Assembly (NCBI GenBank): GCA_965649265.1
Contig: CBFGKC010000004.1
Coordinates: 150,738 to 214,737, forward strand
Direction of reading: 5' to 3'
From: a candidate division WOR-3 bacterium
GTDB lineage: Bacteria; Hydrothermota; Tepidihabitantia; B3-TA06
Length of the DNA stretch: 64,000 bases
Positions within the stretch are counted from its first letter, which is position 1. Each line of letters starts with the position of its first letter. Both the position numbers and the translations under genes were made by a program. This document shows, piece by piece, positions 9,619 through 19,383 of the stretch. The notes beneath the pieces were generated by a model that saw only the letters and a program-made list of their open reading frames with translations, made no database searches and was not told where the DNA came from.

Positions 9619-10614
9619 ATGTCACGCTCGATTGTCGGAGCCGTATCCGATATTCGCAAGCGTATAGCTTCTCTCGATCTTCTGCGCGGTCTCGCGATAT
9701 TGCTCATGATCGTCGTCAACTCTCTATTCGATTACCCGGCTGTCCCTTCCTGGCTCAAGCATGCTCCGTGGAACGGTTACACAATCTCCGATATCGTGGC
9801 ACCCATGTTTCTTTTTTCCATCGGCATTTCCTACAGTCTCTCGTTCAACAAGCGTCGAAATAGCCAGGGCACTGCAAAGACGATACTTCATTTCGTAATC
9901 CGGTATGTAGTTCTTTTCTGCTTCGGTTTCTTTGGTGAATGGGCGGTACTCGGAAAAATAGGGTGGGGGGTACTCACAATGATAGGCGCGGTCGGTATCT
10001 ACTCGCTCGTATTCATGTTCATCGGACCCGCGCTCAGGGTTGTGCTTGCAGCCGTACCCTTGATAGCATACCAGGCGCTGGTTTCGTTCGGGATACCTGT
10101 GCTTATTTTCGTGGACGGAGGACTCGGCGGGACGACAGCCACCGTTGCCTGGGGCTTCATCGTCATCCTGGCATCGGCAATAGGAAATTGGACTCACAGG
10201 TCTCCTGAGGTCCCAGATGAGAACTCGAATCACAAGAGGATGTCGCTCGTTCTCGGAATCTGGGGAGCGGCACTTACCGTTCTCGGTATATCCTTATCTT
10301 TCCTCATTTTCTTCAACAAGCATCTGGTCTCAGTCTCTTACATTCTATTCTCTTCAGGCGTTAGTGCACTTACTATGCTCCTCTTCTATCTACTTGCCGA
10401 TATATGGCACTGGAAGATTCCTCTGCTAGGCATCATTGGCCGCAACGCACTCGTTCTTTACATCCTGAGCAATCTCCTCATACTTGCCCTGAACGCAATT
10501 GTTCCCTTGAACGCCGCTTTGCTCTGGGTAATAGTCGGCACGACTGCCGTTGTAGGACTATGCATCGGCGTCGGACTCTTTCTCGACTGGCGCAAGTGGT
10601 TTGTAAGATTATAG
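9619..10614 (+). CDS. Membrane acyltransferase, HGSNAT/DUF1624-like
   Basis: RIASLDLLRGLAILLMIVVN, HAPWNG, multiple TM helices. Confidence 0.8.
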   Translation: MSRSIVGAVSDIRKRIASLDLLRGLAILLMIVVNSLFDYPAVPSWLKHAPWNGYTISDIVAPMFLFSIGISYSLSFNKRRNSQGTAKTILHFVIRYVVLFCFGFFGEWAVLGKIGWGVLTMIGAVGIYSLVFMFIGPALRVVLAAVPLIAYQALVSFGIPVLIFVDGGLGGTTATVAWGFIVILASAIGNWTHRSPEVPDENSNHKRMSLVLGIWGAALTVLGISLSFLIFFNKHLVSVSYILFSSGVSALTMLLFYLLADIWHWKIPLLGIIGRNALVLYILSNLLILALNAIVPLNAALLWVIVGTTAVVGLCIGVGLFLDWRKWFVRL

Positions 10615-10651
10615 CCCCACAAAAACGCAAGGCGTTTTTGTGGGGACCCCG
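10615..10651 (-). repeat. REP-like palindrome, GGGGTCCCCAC family
   Basis: CCCCACAAAAACGC-aag-GCGTTTTTGTGGGG-ACCCCG. Confidence 0.8.
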
Positions 10652-10816
10652 ATTATCAGACCACTACTTTGGTTACTCCGCAAGAATCGTAACTTCGTAT
10701 CGAATAGCCGCAGGGACGCCTTGACAACTCCGGATTGGAACCGTAATGTAGACTAATATTGACAAGCTGGTAATCGGGAATACTATAAGCGGTAAGGTCA
10801 TAAGAAAGGAGATTGG

Positions 10817-11311
10817 ATGGACATGAGAAACGATTCACACTGCGGGCTTTACTGCGGCAGCTGCCTCGTGATCCTCGGTGCAAAGCGCGGGAAGCTCAAA
10901 GCCCTTGCAAGACAGTGGAAGTGCACACCCGAGGACCTCGAATGCAACGGATGCAGGTCCGAAAAGGTCACGAAATTCTGTTCGGAATGCACCATTCGCG
11001 ACTGCGCGAGGGAGAGGGGGGTAGGCTTCTGTATAGAGTGCGGCGATTACCCCTGTCATCACTACAAGAGGCTGAAAGAGCTTTCAAAGGAGCGTCCGCA
11101 TCTGAGGCTCCAGCCCGCCGAACTGGAAAGAGTCCGTGCGCTGGGTCCCGATCAATGGATGGGGTACCAAAAAAAGCGCTGGACTTGCCCTGAGTGCGGG
11201 GAGATGTTTGCCTGGTACGAAGAGAAGTGCTCTAAGTGCGGGGTAAAAGTCCGATCGAGCGTCGAGGAAGTTCAAGAACACGGTCTCACCGAGTATCCCC
11301 TTGACGTGTAG
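10817..11311 (+). CDS. DUF3795 Cys-rich protein
   Basis: CGLYCGSC, CNGC, CTIRDC, CIECGDYPC, WTCPECG..CSKCG. Confidence 0.85.
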   Translation: MDMRNDSHCGLYCGSCLVILGAKRGKLKALARQWKCTPEDLECNGCRSEKVTKFCSECTIRDCARERGVGFCIECGDYPCHHYKRLKELSKERPHLRLQPAELERVRALGPDQWMGYQKKRWTCPECGEMFAWYEEKCSKCGVKVRSSVEEVQEHGLTEYPLDV

Positions 11312-11323
11312 GAGAGAAGGTTC

Positions 11324-11800
11324 ATGGAAGAACGCTACGATTCAGTATGCGGCATATACTGCGGAGCGTGTTTCGTGCTCGCGGCCCGCAAAAGGAACGA
11401 TCTGGAATCAATCGCCCGCATGTGGAATTGCAAGCCTGACCAACTCATTTGCTACGGGTGCAAATCAGGTCAGGTATCGGACTCGTGCAAGCCATGCGAG
11501 ATAAGGCCGTGTGCTGAGGCAAAAGGCCACGCGTTCTGCATTGAGTGCGAGGCTTTCCCCTGTAAACTTACAGGGCTTTTTCACGAAAACAAAAAAGTTA
11601 AACCGCATCTAGCCCTGGTTTTTAGAGATCTGGAATCAATAAAGGAGAAAGGCGTCGCAGTCTGGCTAGATGAGCAGGCTTCTCGCTGGTCATGCAAAAA
11701 ATGCGGAGCATCCCTTTCGTGGTACGATGAGAAATGCCCTGGGTGCGGAGCAACGTTCCGCAATGCCAGGGACGAAGCCGCTGATTTAGGTCTTTTGTAA
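11324..11800 (+). CDS. DUF3795 Cys-rich protein
   Basis: Same cysteine pattern as 10817. Confidence 0.85.
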   Translation: MEERYDSVCGIYCGACFVLAARKRNDLESIARMWNCKPDQLICYGCKSGQVSDSCKPCEIRPCAEAKGHAFCIECEAFPCKLTGLFHENKKVKPHLALVFRDLESIKEKGVAVWLDEQASRWSCKKCGASLSWYDEKCPGCGATFRNARDEAADLGLL

Positions 11801-12658
11801 ATGATGAAAGTTACCTTTCTCGGGACATCGGCAGCAAATGCTTATCCTGAGGCGTTCTGCAAGTGCGACAATTGCGTTCGTGCACGTTCGCTCGGAGGGC
11901 CGAGCCTCAGAAAACGCTCCTCAATACTCATCAATGACGACTTGCTCGTCGATCTCGGGCCCGATATCATGACCGCGTCCCAGATGCATAAGATATCGCT
12001 CGTAAATGTTCGCTACTGTCTGCAAACGCATCCGCACGCCGATCACCTCGACCTCTCTCACCTTAACTCGCGAAGCCCGGGGTACGGGGTCATTGGCGCT
12101 CCATGTCTCGATTTTTACGCATCACCTGAGACCCTCGAGAGGGCAAATGAAAGCTTCATGCGTGATCTCGGCGATACGGGCCTGCTTGATCCTGAAACTG
12201 AGAGGCGTTTGAACTTTAAGATTCATCACGTCGAGCCCTTTGAATCTTTCACCTGTGGTATCTATCGAATAACGCCCTTCCAGGCAAACCACGCAGCCGG
12301 AATGGGAGCCTTGGTTTATGCCATAGAGTCCAACGGTTCAGTCGTATTCTACGGTACTGACACCGCCGCATTGCCCACGCAAACATGGCAAGCGTTTGCT
12401 CGCCTGGAGATGAGATTCGATATGACGATACTGGACCACACATACGGACCGCAGCAGCCCGGTAGCGACCATCTCAGCGCTCACGATGTCATCGAGCATG
12501 TCGGGAGGATGCGCAGGGAAGGTTTTCTTAAACCGGGCGCCCGGGTTTTTGCCACCCATATCGCGCATGAAGGAAATCCGCCTCACCCGGAACTCGAGGC
12601 GTTCGCCACGAAGAACGGCTACGAAGTTGCATACGACGGGCTTGTTCTCGATATCTAG
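11801..12658 (+). CDS. Metallo-beta-lactamase-fold hydrolase, PhnP-like
   Basis: FLGT..CKCDNC zinc site, THPHADH, THIAH, AYDG. Confidence 0.85.
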   Translation: MMKVTFLGTSAANAYPEAFCKCDNCVRARSLGGPSLRKRSSILINDDLLVDLGPDIMTASQMHKISLVNVRYCLQTHPHADHLDLSHLNSRSPGYGVIGAPCLDFYASPETLERANESFMRDLGDTGLLDPETERRLNFKIHHVEPFESFTCGIYRITPFQANHAAGMGALVYAIESNGSVVFYGTDTAALPTQTWQAFARLEMRFDMTILDHTYGPQQPGSDHLSAHDVIEHVGRMRREGFLKPGARVFATHIAHEGNPPHPELEAFATKNGYEVAYDGLVLDI

Positions 12659-12717
12659 TGAGGAAGTGATAACCCTGAGGTTGCCCGTCGGATGATCTTT
12701 AAGTAAAAGGAGGAACC

Positions 12718-13194
12718 ATGGATTTCAGATACGATACTTACTGCGGGCTCAACTGCGGGGCGTGTCCGGTCCTTGGAGCAAACGAACGCGGTGATGAGGA
12801 GTGGTTAAGAAAAGCCGCGGAAGAGGACGAATGCACAATTGACGATCTTCGATGTCATGGTTGCAAGACCGACTCTACCGCAATGTACTGCACCGGCTGC
12901 GAAATGCGTTTCTGTGCGAAGGACAAGGGGCTTGAGTACTGCAGCGAGTGCACCGATTTTCCATGTGAGATAATTACTGACTTCCGCAACGACAGGCATC
13001 CCCATCACTCCGCGATATTCAAAAATCTGCGAACCATTCGCGAGAAAGGCCTCAAGACCTGGTTGGAGGAGGAGAGGGTGCGCTGGTTGTGCCCCGAATG
13101 CGGCACGCGATTCTACTGGTATTCACAATACTGCTCCGGCTGCGGCATAGAGTTGTACAACTCAAGCAAAGAAGAAAAGGACCTTGACATATAG
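12718..13194 (+). CDS. DUF3795 Cys-rich protein
   Basis: Same cysteine pattern as 10817. Confidence 0.85.
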   Translation: MDFRYDTYCGLNCGACPVLGANERGDEEWLRKAAEEDECTIDDLRCHGCKTDSTAMYCTGCEMRFCAKDKGLEYCSECTDFPCEIITDFRNDRHPHHSAIFKNLRTIREKGLKTWLEEERVRWLCPECGTRFYWYSQYCSGCGIELYNSSKEEKDLDI

Positions 13195-13362
13195 TCAGGG
13201 TCTGCTCATCGTTGACTTACCCGTACCGTTTCTGACGAGTTGTGAGCTTTTCATCTTGCATATTTCCCTCGCAATAAGCAAAATATTATTGCAACCTGTC
13301 AATCCATACTTGACGAGTAGGGTTGTTTTCCTACAATCATATTAAAAACAGGAGGAACAATA

Positions 13363-13965
13363 ATGAGGTTGAAATTTTTAGTTGGACTCTTACCGATATC
13401 GTTTATCTTCCTTTCTTCGCCAATACTGGCGCACAAACCGGTAGAAGACCCGGGGAATGCGACGTCGGCTGCTTTAGCCGTCATAATAAATGACCCTGAT
13501 ATCTCCCAGGTCATCTATCATGAAGTCAAAAAAGACTCAACGCAGTTGTGGCTGACTTTCGAAGCGAAGAAAGACTACGAGCTCTACCTGAGCATAGGCG
13601 TGCCCGTAATCGAGCGTCTCAAGACCTACAGGCCTGCGCTTGCGCTTATTGGGCCTGGGTTGCCGGACATCAAGCTTCCTTTTGGAAAACCCTCAGGTCT
13701 GGGTGCTTTAGTTTTTTACACCGACTCGGTTGCGACCCCGAAGTTTTTCCACGAACCGATAACAGGTACAGACTCCTGGATTCTTCTGGAAAAGCACGTA
13801 ACGCTTGGTGCAACCGGCCGCTACTACGTTGTAGCATTCTCGCCTGAGATGAAACCGGGCAAGCTGTGGGTGGCAATCGGCGAGGCTGAGCGCTGGGGAT
13901 TTGGAGACATATTCAAGCTTCCCTCCATCTCGGCGGAGGTAAGGAAGTTTCACGAGGTGAAGTAG
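13363..13965 (+). CDS. Secreted hypothetical protein
   Basis: AGGAGG RBS, signal peptide, own promoter at 13310-13337. Confidence 0.7.
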   Translation: MRLKFLVGLLPISFIFLSSPILAHKPVEDPGNATSAALAVIINDPDISQVIYHEVKKDSTQLWLTFEAKKDYELYLSIGVPVIERLKTYRPALALIGPGLPDIKLPFGKPSGLGALVFYTDSVATPKFFHEPITGTDSWILLEKHVTLGATGRYYVVAFSPEMKPGKLWVAIGEAERWGFGDIFKLPSISAEVRKFHEVK

Positions 13966-14065
13966 ATGAATCCTTAGAAATCGAACCGTTGAACCGGTTC
14001 TTTCCTTATGGTCTATCCACAATAACACAACTTGACACATCAAGGCTTTAGAGTAAATTTCATGG

Positions 14066-15034
14066 ATGGCCATCGTGGAAGCAAAAAAACTCATGAAGCG
14101 ATTTGAGACCACAACTGCAGTCGAGGATTTATCCATAACGGTCGAGAAGGGTGAAGTGCTTGGATTCCTCGGTCCCAACGGCGCAGGGAAGACGACTACC
14201 ATCAGGATGCTTGCAGGAATTATCGCGCCGACCTCAGGATCAGCCACGGTTGCTGGAATCAACGTCCAAGCAGGCGTTGGACTCCTTCACGAACGCATCG
14301 GTCTCCTGACCGAATCGCCCGGCTTCTATGAAAAGCTTTCAGCGCTCGAAAACCTTCGTTTCTTCGCGCGATTCTATCCCGAAATCCATATTGAGAAACA
14401 AGTAACAAAATATCTCGAGCTTATGGGGCTCTCTGAACGTGCCAAGGACAGAGTATCGAGCTTTTCAAAGGGAATGAAGCAGCGCCTTGCCCTGGCTCGC
14501 GTGCTCATTCATGAACCGGAGGTGATTTTTCTCGACGAGCCTACTGCCGGTCTTGATCCCGAAGCGGCGCGTGAAGTTCGCGGCCTTATCCATAATCTAA
14601 AATCTCAGGGACGCACAATATTTCTTTGCACTCATAATCTCGAAGAAGCCGAGGAGCTTTCCGACCGCATCGCGCTTTTCAAGACGCGTCTTGTTGCAGC
14701 AGATACCGCGAATAATCTCAGGCAGAGGCTTTTCCAAAGGCAGATCATTGTCGAGCTTGCCGGTTTTGATCCCGGGGTCGCTGACGCAATCGGAAAACTC
14801 GGATTCGTAAAGAATGTATCGACCGAACAAACAAGACTCATAGTCGAACTCGAGGATTTCGATAAGAACAGGTCAGTACTCATCGAAGAAATAGTGAAAT
14901 CGGGCGGGAAGATCGCCAGCGTCTATGAGAGCGAGCATTCCCTTGAGGATGTATACTTCACGCTTCTCAATGAACCGGAGAAATCCCCGCGAAGCGGTCA
15001 CGACAAGAAGAGGCGTCATGAAAGCCAGGTCTAA
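14066..15034 (+). CDS. ABC transporter ATP-binding protein (DrrA-like exporter)
   Basis: GPNGAGKTT, FSKGMKQR, LDEPT. Confidence 0.92.
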   Translation: MAIVEAKKLMKRFETTTAVEDLSITVEKGEVLGFLGPNGAGKTTTIRMLAGIIAPTSGSATVAGINVQAGVGLLHERIGLLTESPGFYEKLSALENLRFFARFYPEIHIEKQVTKYLELMGLSERAKDRVSSFSKGMKQRLALARVLIHEPEVIFLDEPTAGLDPEAAREVRGLIHNLKSQGRTIFLCTHNLEEAEELSDRIALFKTRLVAADTANNLRQRLFQRQIIVELAGFDPGVADAIGKLGFVKNVSTEQTRLIVELEDFDKNRSVLIEEIVKSGGKIASVYESEHSLEDVYFTLLNEPEKSPRSGHDKKRRHESQV

Positions 15035-15839
15035 TCGTAACATTGGCAACGTCATTCAAAACGAGTGGCGGAACGCATTCGCGAGTGTCAACACCGTCCT
15101 TTTCATGACGCTCTTTCCCGTTCTCATACTCGCTCAGATGTTTGTTATTATCTGGCTCGTTTCGAGGTTCGTCAGCCCAAATGTGCTTTCGGGAACCATA
15201 CTCTCCCAGGGGCTCGCCAAGATTCAGGCGATAATGCCACAGATATCCTCCCTTCCCCCCGTAGACAAATTCAAGGTTTTCTTCTACATGCAGATACCCG
15301 TATACATCCTGCTCGTCCCGGCGATGATAGCAAACGGGCTTGCCACCTTCTCCATTGTCGAGGAGAAGCAAACGGGTACCATTGAGCCGCTTTTGGCAAC
15401 GCCCGTTAAAACGTGGGAGTTGCTCCTGGCAAAGGCGCTATCGGGAACCATACCTGCCGTCATAGTAACGTGGTTTTGCGCAGGGCTCTCGATACTCGGG
15501 GTCGCAATCATCGGGCCCTCCTCCCTCGTCAGCTACCTTTTGACGCCTGCATGGCTTGTTTCACTCCTCCTCGTCGTGCCTGCAATCACGCTCATGAGCT
15601 TCCTTCTGGGCGTCATCGGTTCCGCGCGCGCAAAGGACGCCCGCAGCGCGCAGCAGCTGGCCGTAATCATCGTTTTTCCTATTTTCGGACTCGTAGTAAT
15701 CCAGCTTCTGGGCGTGATTGCCTACTCGCCCCTTGTCCTAATCCTGCTCGGCGTTTTGATCTTGCTTCTCGACCTGCTTACTCTCCGCATGGCCGTTAAG
15801 CTTTTCCGTCGCGAGTCTATCGTTTCAAAATGGAAATAA
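15018..15839 (+). CDS. ABC-2 type permease
   Basis: SIVEEKQTGTIEPLLATP, LLAK, TM helices; start reassigned to ATG 15018. Confidence 0.88.
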   Translation: MKARSNRNIGNVIQNEWRNAFASVNTVLFMTLFPVLILAQMFVIIWLVSRFVSPNVLSGTILSQGLAKIQAIMPQISSLPPVDKFKVFFYMQIPVYILLVPAMIANGLATFSIVEEKQTGTIEPLLATPVKTWELLLAKALSGTIPAVIVTWFCAGLSILGVAIIGPSSLVSYLLTPAWLVSLLLVVPAITLMSFLLGVIGSARAKDARSAQQLAVIIVFPIFGLVVIQLLGVIAYSPLVLILLGVLILLLDLLTLRMAVKLFRRESIVSKWK

Positions 15840-15844
15840 AAAAA

Positions 15845-16076
15845 TCCCAACAAAAATACTCAATATTTTTGTTGGGTACCTATATTTCTTAATAAATACC
15901 CCTAAACAAATTTCCTATCAAACCTAATAGACGGGATACCTTAAATCCGCGCCCTCCGAACTTTTCACCGTAGGTGAAAAAGAGGATTTATAATCGGGGT
16001 CCCCACACGTTTGCACAGCAAACGCGTGGGGTGGTTAATCAGGGTCCCCACGAAGAGACGTAGTATCTTTGTGGGG
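15845..16076. repeat. Cluster of REP-like palindromes between the permease and the tRNA-Pro 3' end
   Basis: Hairpins at ~15845-15877, 15961-15982, 15995-16031, 16040-16076; the last two start with GGGTCCCCAC. Confidence 0.75.
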
Positions 16077-16083
16077 TAAAAAG

Positions 16084-16159
16084 TCGGGGAGAGAGGATTT
16101 GAACCTCCGATCTCCTGGTCCCAAACCAGGCGCGTTGAACCGGGCTACGCTACTCCCCG
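16084..16159 (-). tRNA. tRNA-Pro (TGG), CCA not encoded
   Basis: Cloverleaf CGGGGAG acceptor, CCTGG-TTTGGGA-CCAGG anticodon arm, GGTTCAAATCC T-arm. Confidence 0.95.
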
Positions 16160-16283
16160 ACCGTAACACACACCACATTGACGATAGTGTGTATACCGGC
16201 TAATTATAAGCGGGGTATCCATGGAGTCAACAATAATATTGAGGGCGAGAATCTTTTAAACTTGCAAATGGAGTTTGAAATCC

Positions 16284-16311
16284 TTGACATATGAATATAT
16301 GTTCATATAAT
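16284..16311 (+). promoter_or_regulatory. ars promoter TTGACA-N16-TATAAT with overlapping inverted repeat (probable ArsR operator)
   Basis: ATATGAA-N6-TTCATAT at 16289-16308 spanning the spacer between the hexamers. Confidence 0.75.
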
Positions 16312-16317
16312 CAATTA

Positions 16318-16677
16318 ATGCAAGACATCATCAAGCATCTGAAAGCGCTTTCAGATCCAACTCGCCTGCGCATAATGCTTCTTCTTGTGAAGGAGGAATT
16401 GTGCGTTTGTGAACTTGAGACAGTTCTTGCCGTGGAGCAGTCACGACTTTCTCATGCACTCCGGGCGCTCTCGAACGCAGGGCTTATTGAAGAACGCCGG
16501 GAGGGTCGCTGGATATTCTACAAGGGCTCGGCAAATATTTCCCATACTCTCATGGCATATATCGAGGATTCGATGCGTGGAAACTCTGACCTTTCAAAGG
16601 ATCGCAGAAACGCCAGGAAGCTTATCGAATCGGCAAAACCCTCGGGCAGGCGCTGCCCGCTCCGTGAGAAGTCCTGA
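16318..16677 (+). CDS. arsR: ArsR/SmtB family repressor
   Basis: KALSDPTRLRI, ELCVCEL As-binding motif; ATG 16318 preferred because ATG 16291 lies inside the promoter. Confidence 0.9.
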   Translation: MQDIIKHLKALSDPTRLRIMLLLVKEELCVCELETVLAVEQSRLSHALRALSNAGLIEERREGRWIFYKGSANISHTLMAYIEDSMRGNSDLSKDRRNARKLIESAKPSGRRCPLREKS

Positions 16678-17768
16678 TGCAGTTCGTCTGGCAATTGATA
16701 AGGAGCGGGTTGCTTGCACTGCTCGAATACCTCTCCGCTCATGTGCTTACCTGTCTCGTTCCGGCGTTCTTTATAGCGGGAGCAATCGCCGTTTTCCTGT
16801 CTCAGAAAGCGGTCCTCAAGTACTTCGGGCCCAAGGCGCCCAAGGTGCTATCCTACGGAGTGGCATCAGTCTCAGGAACCATACTTGCGGTCTGTTCGTG
16901 TACGGTCCTGCCTCTGTTTGGTGGAATCTATAAGAGGGGCGCAGGAATAGGACCTGCGACGGCATTTCTCTACTCAGGACCTGCGATAAATGTCCTGGCA
17001 ATAGTCTTTTCCGCAAGACTCTTAGGCTGGGATTTAGGCATTGCCCGTGTCATTGGGGCAGTTTTGTTTTCAGTTATCATCGGGCTCTTAATGGCCGCAA
17101 TATGGCAGCGCCGTGAACCCCCTCCCCCCGATGAGAACGCCTTCGACTTCGACAAGGAGGAACATTCCAGACCTCTCTGGAAGACGGCTATGTTTTTTCT
17201 CTCCCTTGTTCTTCTCCTTGTGCTTGCAGCCGGTCAGGGCTGGGTTCAAAAACTCATCGGTTTGCCTGCTCCTCTCGGGTACTGGCTCGCCTGGATACCT
17301 GCGGCTCTCTCCCTCGGAAGCGTGATCGTCATGACGATTCTGTGGTTCTCAAGGGAAGAGATCAAACACTGGATGCTCGAGACGTGGCGTTTCGTAAAGC
17401 TCATTTTCCCCTGGCTTCTCGGAGGGGTCTTCGTGGCGGGAATGCTGAAGTTTCTTGTTCCGGACACCTGGATAGCTTCTCTTGTCGGCGGGAATGGAAT
17501 CTTCGCTAATCTAATAGCGTCTGTGTTCGGCGCGCTCATGTATTTCGCAACACTTACCGAGGTGCCCATCCTCAAGGCTTTCCTCCAGATGGGTATGGGG
17601 AAGGGACCAGCGCTTGCGCTTCTTTTGGCAGGTCCTGCACTCTCGCTTCCGAGCATGATCACTATCGGCAAGATAATGGGCTGGAAACGGACCCTGACAT
17701 ACGTCGGACTGGTCGTCGTTATGGCTACATTGACCGGATGGCTTTTTGGAGCCATCGCTAAATCTTAA
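16677..17768 (+). CDS. DUF318 / ArsP-like permease
   Basis: HVLTCLVPAFFIAGAI, AVCSCTVLP, YFATLTEVP. Confidence 0.88.
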   Translation: MQFVWQLIRSGLLALLEYLSAHVLTCLVPAFFIAGAIAVFLSQKAVLKYFGPKAPKVLSYGVASVSGTILAVCSCTVLPLFGGIYKRGAGIGPATAFLYSGPAINVLAIVFSARLLGWDLGIARVIGAVLFSVIIGLLMAAIWQRREPPPPDENAFDFDKEEHSRPLWKTAMFFLSLVLLLVLAAGQGWVQKLIGLPAPLGYWLAWIPAALSLGSVIVMTILWFSREEIKHWMLETWRFVKLIFPWLLGGVFVAGMLKFLVPDTWIASLVGGNGIFANLIASVFGALMYFATLTEVPILKAFLQMGMGKGPALALLLAGPALSLPSMITIGKIMGWKRTLTYVGLVVVMATLTGWLFGAIAKS

Positions 17769-17787
17769 AAACAAGGAGAGAGGAGAG

Positions 17788-18360
17788 ATGAATAAGAAAA
17801 CATTGATTATCCTTGTCATCGTTCTTGTCGCGCTGGCATGCGCCGTGACAGGAATAATCCTGATTAAGAAGAATCAGAACAGCCCTGGAAATGTGGCTAT
17901 CCCGGACACCCTAGTCAAGGATACCGTCCCTGTCATTTCAAAGGATACGAATTTCACAATAGACACACCACAAGTAAAGAAAGATACCATTCGCCCCAAA
18001 CCGCAAGTTCCGCATAAGGATTCATCCTCCGGTAAAGTGGTTGAGCCAACCGCTTCCGATCCGATCAGCCGCGCAATAGCAACCGGTCGTCCCGTTCTTG
18101 TTGATTTCGGAAGGGGGACCTGTGTCCCGTGCAAGAAGATGGCGCCGATACTGGAAGAGCTCAAGCAAGAGTATGCAGGAAGAGCGGAAGTACTCGTACT
18201 TGACCTTGATGAGTATTACGAACTTGCTCGCAAGGTGGGCATCAAGATGATACCGACCCAGATATTTTATGACATCGGCGGCAATGAGGTAGCGCGGCAC
18301 ATAGGTTTTATGGAGAAGGATTCGATAATCGCTCAATTCGCGAGGATGGGTGTAAAGTAG
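17788..18360 (+). CDS. Membrane-anchored thioredoxin-family protein
   Basis: N-terminal TM, CVPC, IPTQIF. Confidence 0.88.
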   Translation: MNKKTLIILVIVLVALACAVTGIILIKKNQNSPGNVAIPDTLVKDTVPVISKDTNFTIDTPQVKKDTIRPKPQVPHKDSSSGKVVEPTASDPISRAIATGRPVLVDFGRGTCVPCKKMAPILEELKQEYAGRAEVLVLDLDEYYELARKVGIKMIPTQIFYDIGGNEVARHIGFMEKDSIIAQFARMGVK

Positions 18361-19050
18361 GTGAGTGGGTTCCTTGCGAACGTGGGCCAGTGGATATCTG
18401 ATGCTCCTGCGCTCGCGTTTCTGGGTGTTTTCATCGCTGGGATAATCTCATCGACCAGTCCCTGCGTGATAGCGCTCATCCCTCTCTCTATCGGCTATGT
18501 CGGCGGGTACGCCGGGGGCTCGACTCGGAAGGCTGTGATCTTCAGCCTCATGTTCGTGCTCGGTCTGACGCTTACCTTCGTGGCTCTGGGCGGCATTGCC
18601 GCCTACCTGGGCGGAGTCTTCGGCCTCAGAGGGAAGTTCTGGTACTTCATCCTTGCCGGATTAGCATTTCTGGTCGGTCTGAATCTTGTCGGGCTTCTCA
18701 AGTTCGAACTGCCCTGGCTTAAGCGCATCCAGGTCAAAAAGCGCGGCCTCTGGGGCGCGCTCCTTCTTGGCCTCGTATTCGGTATCGCATCCTCACCCTG
18801 CGCGGCGCCCGTGCTCGCAATCATCCTTGCTTTCGCCGCAACGTCCAAAAACATACCGTACGGCATGGGGCTTCTCCTGACGTACGCCGTAGGTCACTGG
18901 GTGCTCGTGTTCGTGGCCGGTATCTCCACCGCCTTCGCCCAGAAACTGATCTCCTCGGAAAAGACCGAAAAGGTCAACCGCATCGTGAAACTCGTTGCAG
19001 GCATACTGCTCTTCGGGGTGGGGCTTTACTTTGTTTACCTGGGAGTGTAA
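18361..19050 (+). CDS. ccdA: CcdA/DsbD-type transmembrane electron carrier
   Basis: SPCVIALIP and SSPCAAP motifs, 6 TM. Confidence 0.85.
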   Translation: MSGFLANVGQWISDAPALAFLGVFIAGIISSTSPCVIALIPLSIGYVGGYAGGSTRKAVIFSLMFVLGLTLTFVALGGIAAYLGGVFGLRGKFWYFILAGLAFLVGLNLVGLLKFELPWLKRIQVKKRGLWGALLLGLVFGIASSPCAAPVLAIILAFAATSKNIPYGMGLLLTYAVGHWVLVFVAGISTAFAQKLISSEKTEKVNRIVKLVAGILLFGVGLYFVYLGV

Positions 19051-19119
19051 CTGGATGCTCCTTTTGTCTTAGGACAAAAGATCGCAGGCGAAAGGAGAAT
19101 CGATAAAAAGGAGTCGATC

Positions 19120-19362
19120 ATGCTCAAGATAGAGGTTTTCGGCGCAGGCTGCCCGAAGTGCAAAAAAACTGAGGAACTTTTCATGAAAGCTCTTACAGAG
19201 ATGAAAATTGCAGCCGATCTGCGGCACGTCAAAGACATGAACGAGATGATCAATCGCGGCGTGATGTTCACGCCTGCGGTGTTCATCAACGATAAAAAGG
19301 TGCTCGAAGGCAGGGTGCCGACCGAAGCAGAGGTAGAGAAGCTTATTAAAGAAGCGCAGTAA
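19120..19362 (+). CDS. Small redox-active disulfide protein (MTH895/thioredoxin_3 family)
   Basis: IEVFGAGCPKC, GVMFTPAV. Confidence 0.88.
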   Translation: MLKIEVFGAGCPKCKKTEELFMKALTEMKIAADLRHVKDMNEMINRGVMFTPAVFINDKKVLEGRVPTEAEVEKLIKEAQ

Positions 19363-19383
19363 AAAAAGGAAAAAGAAGGCACT

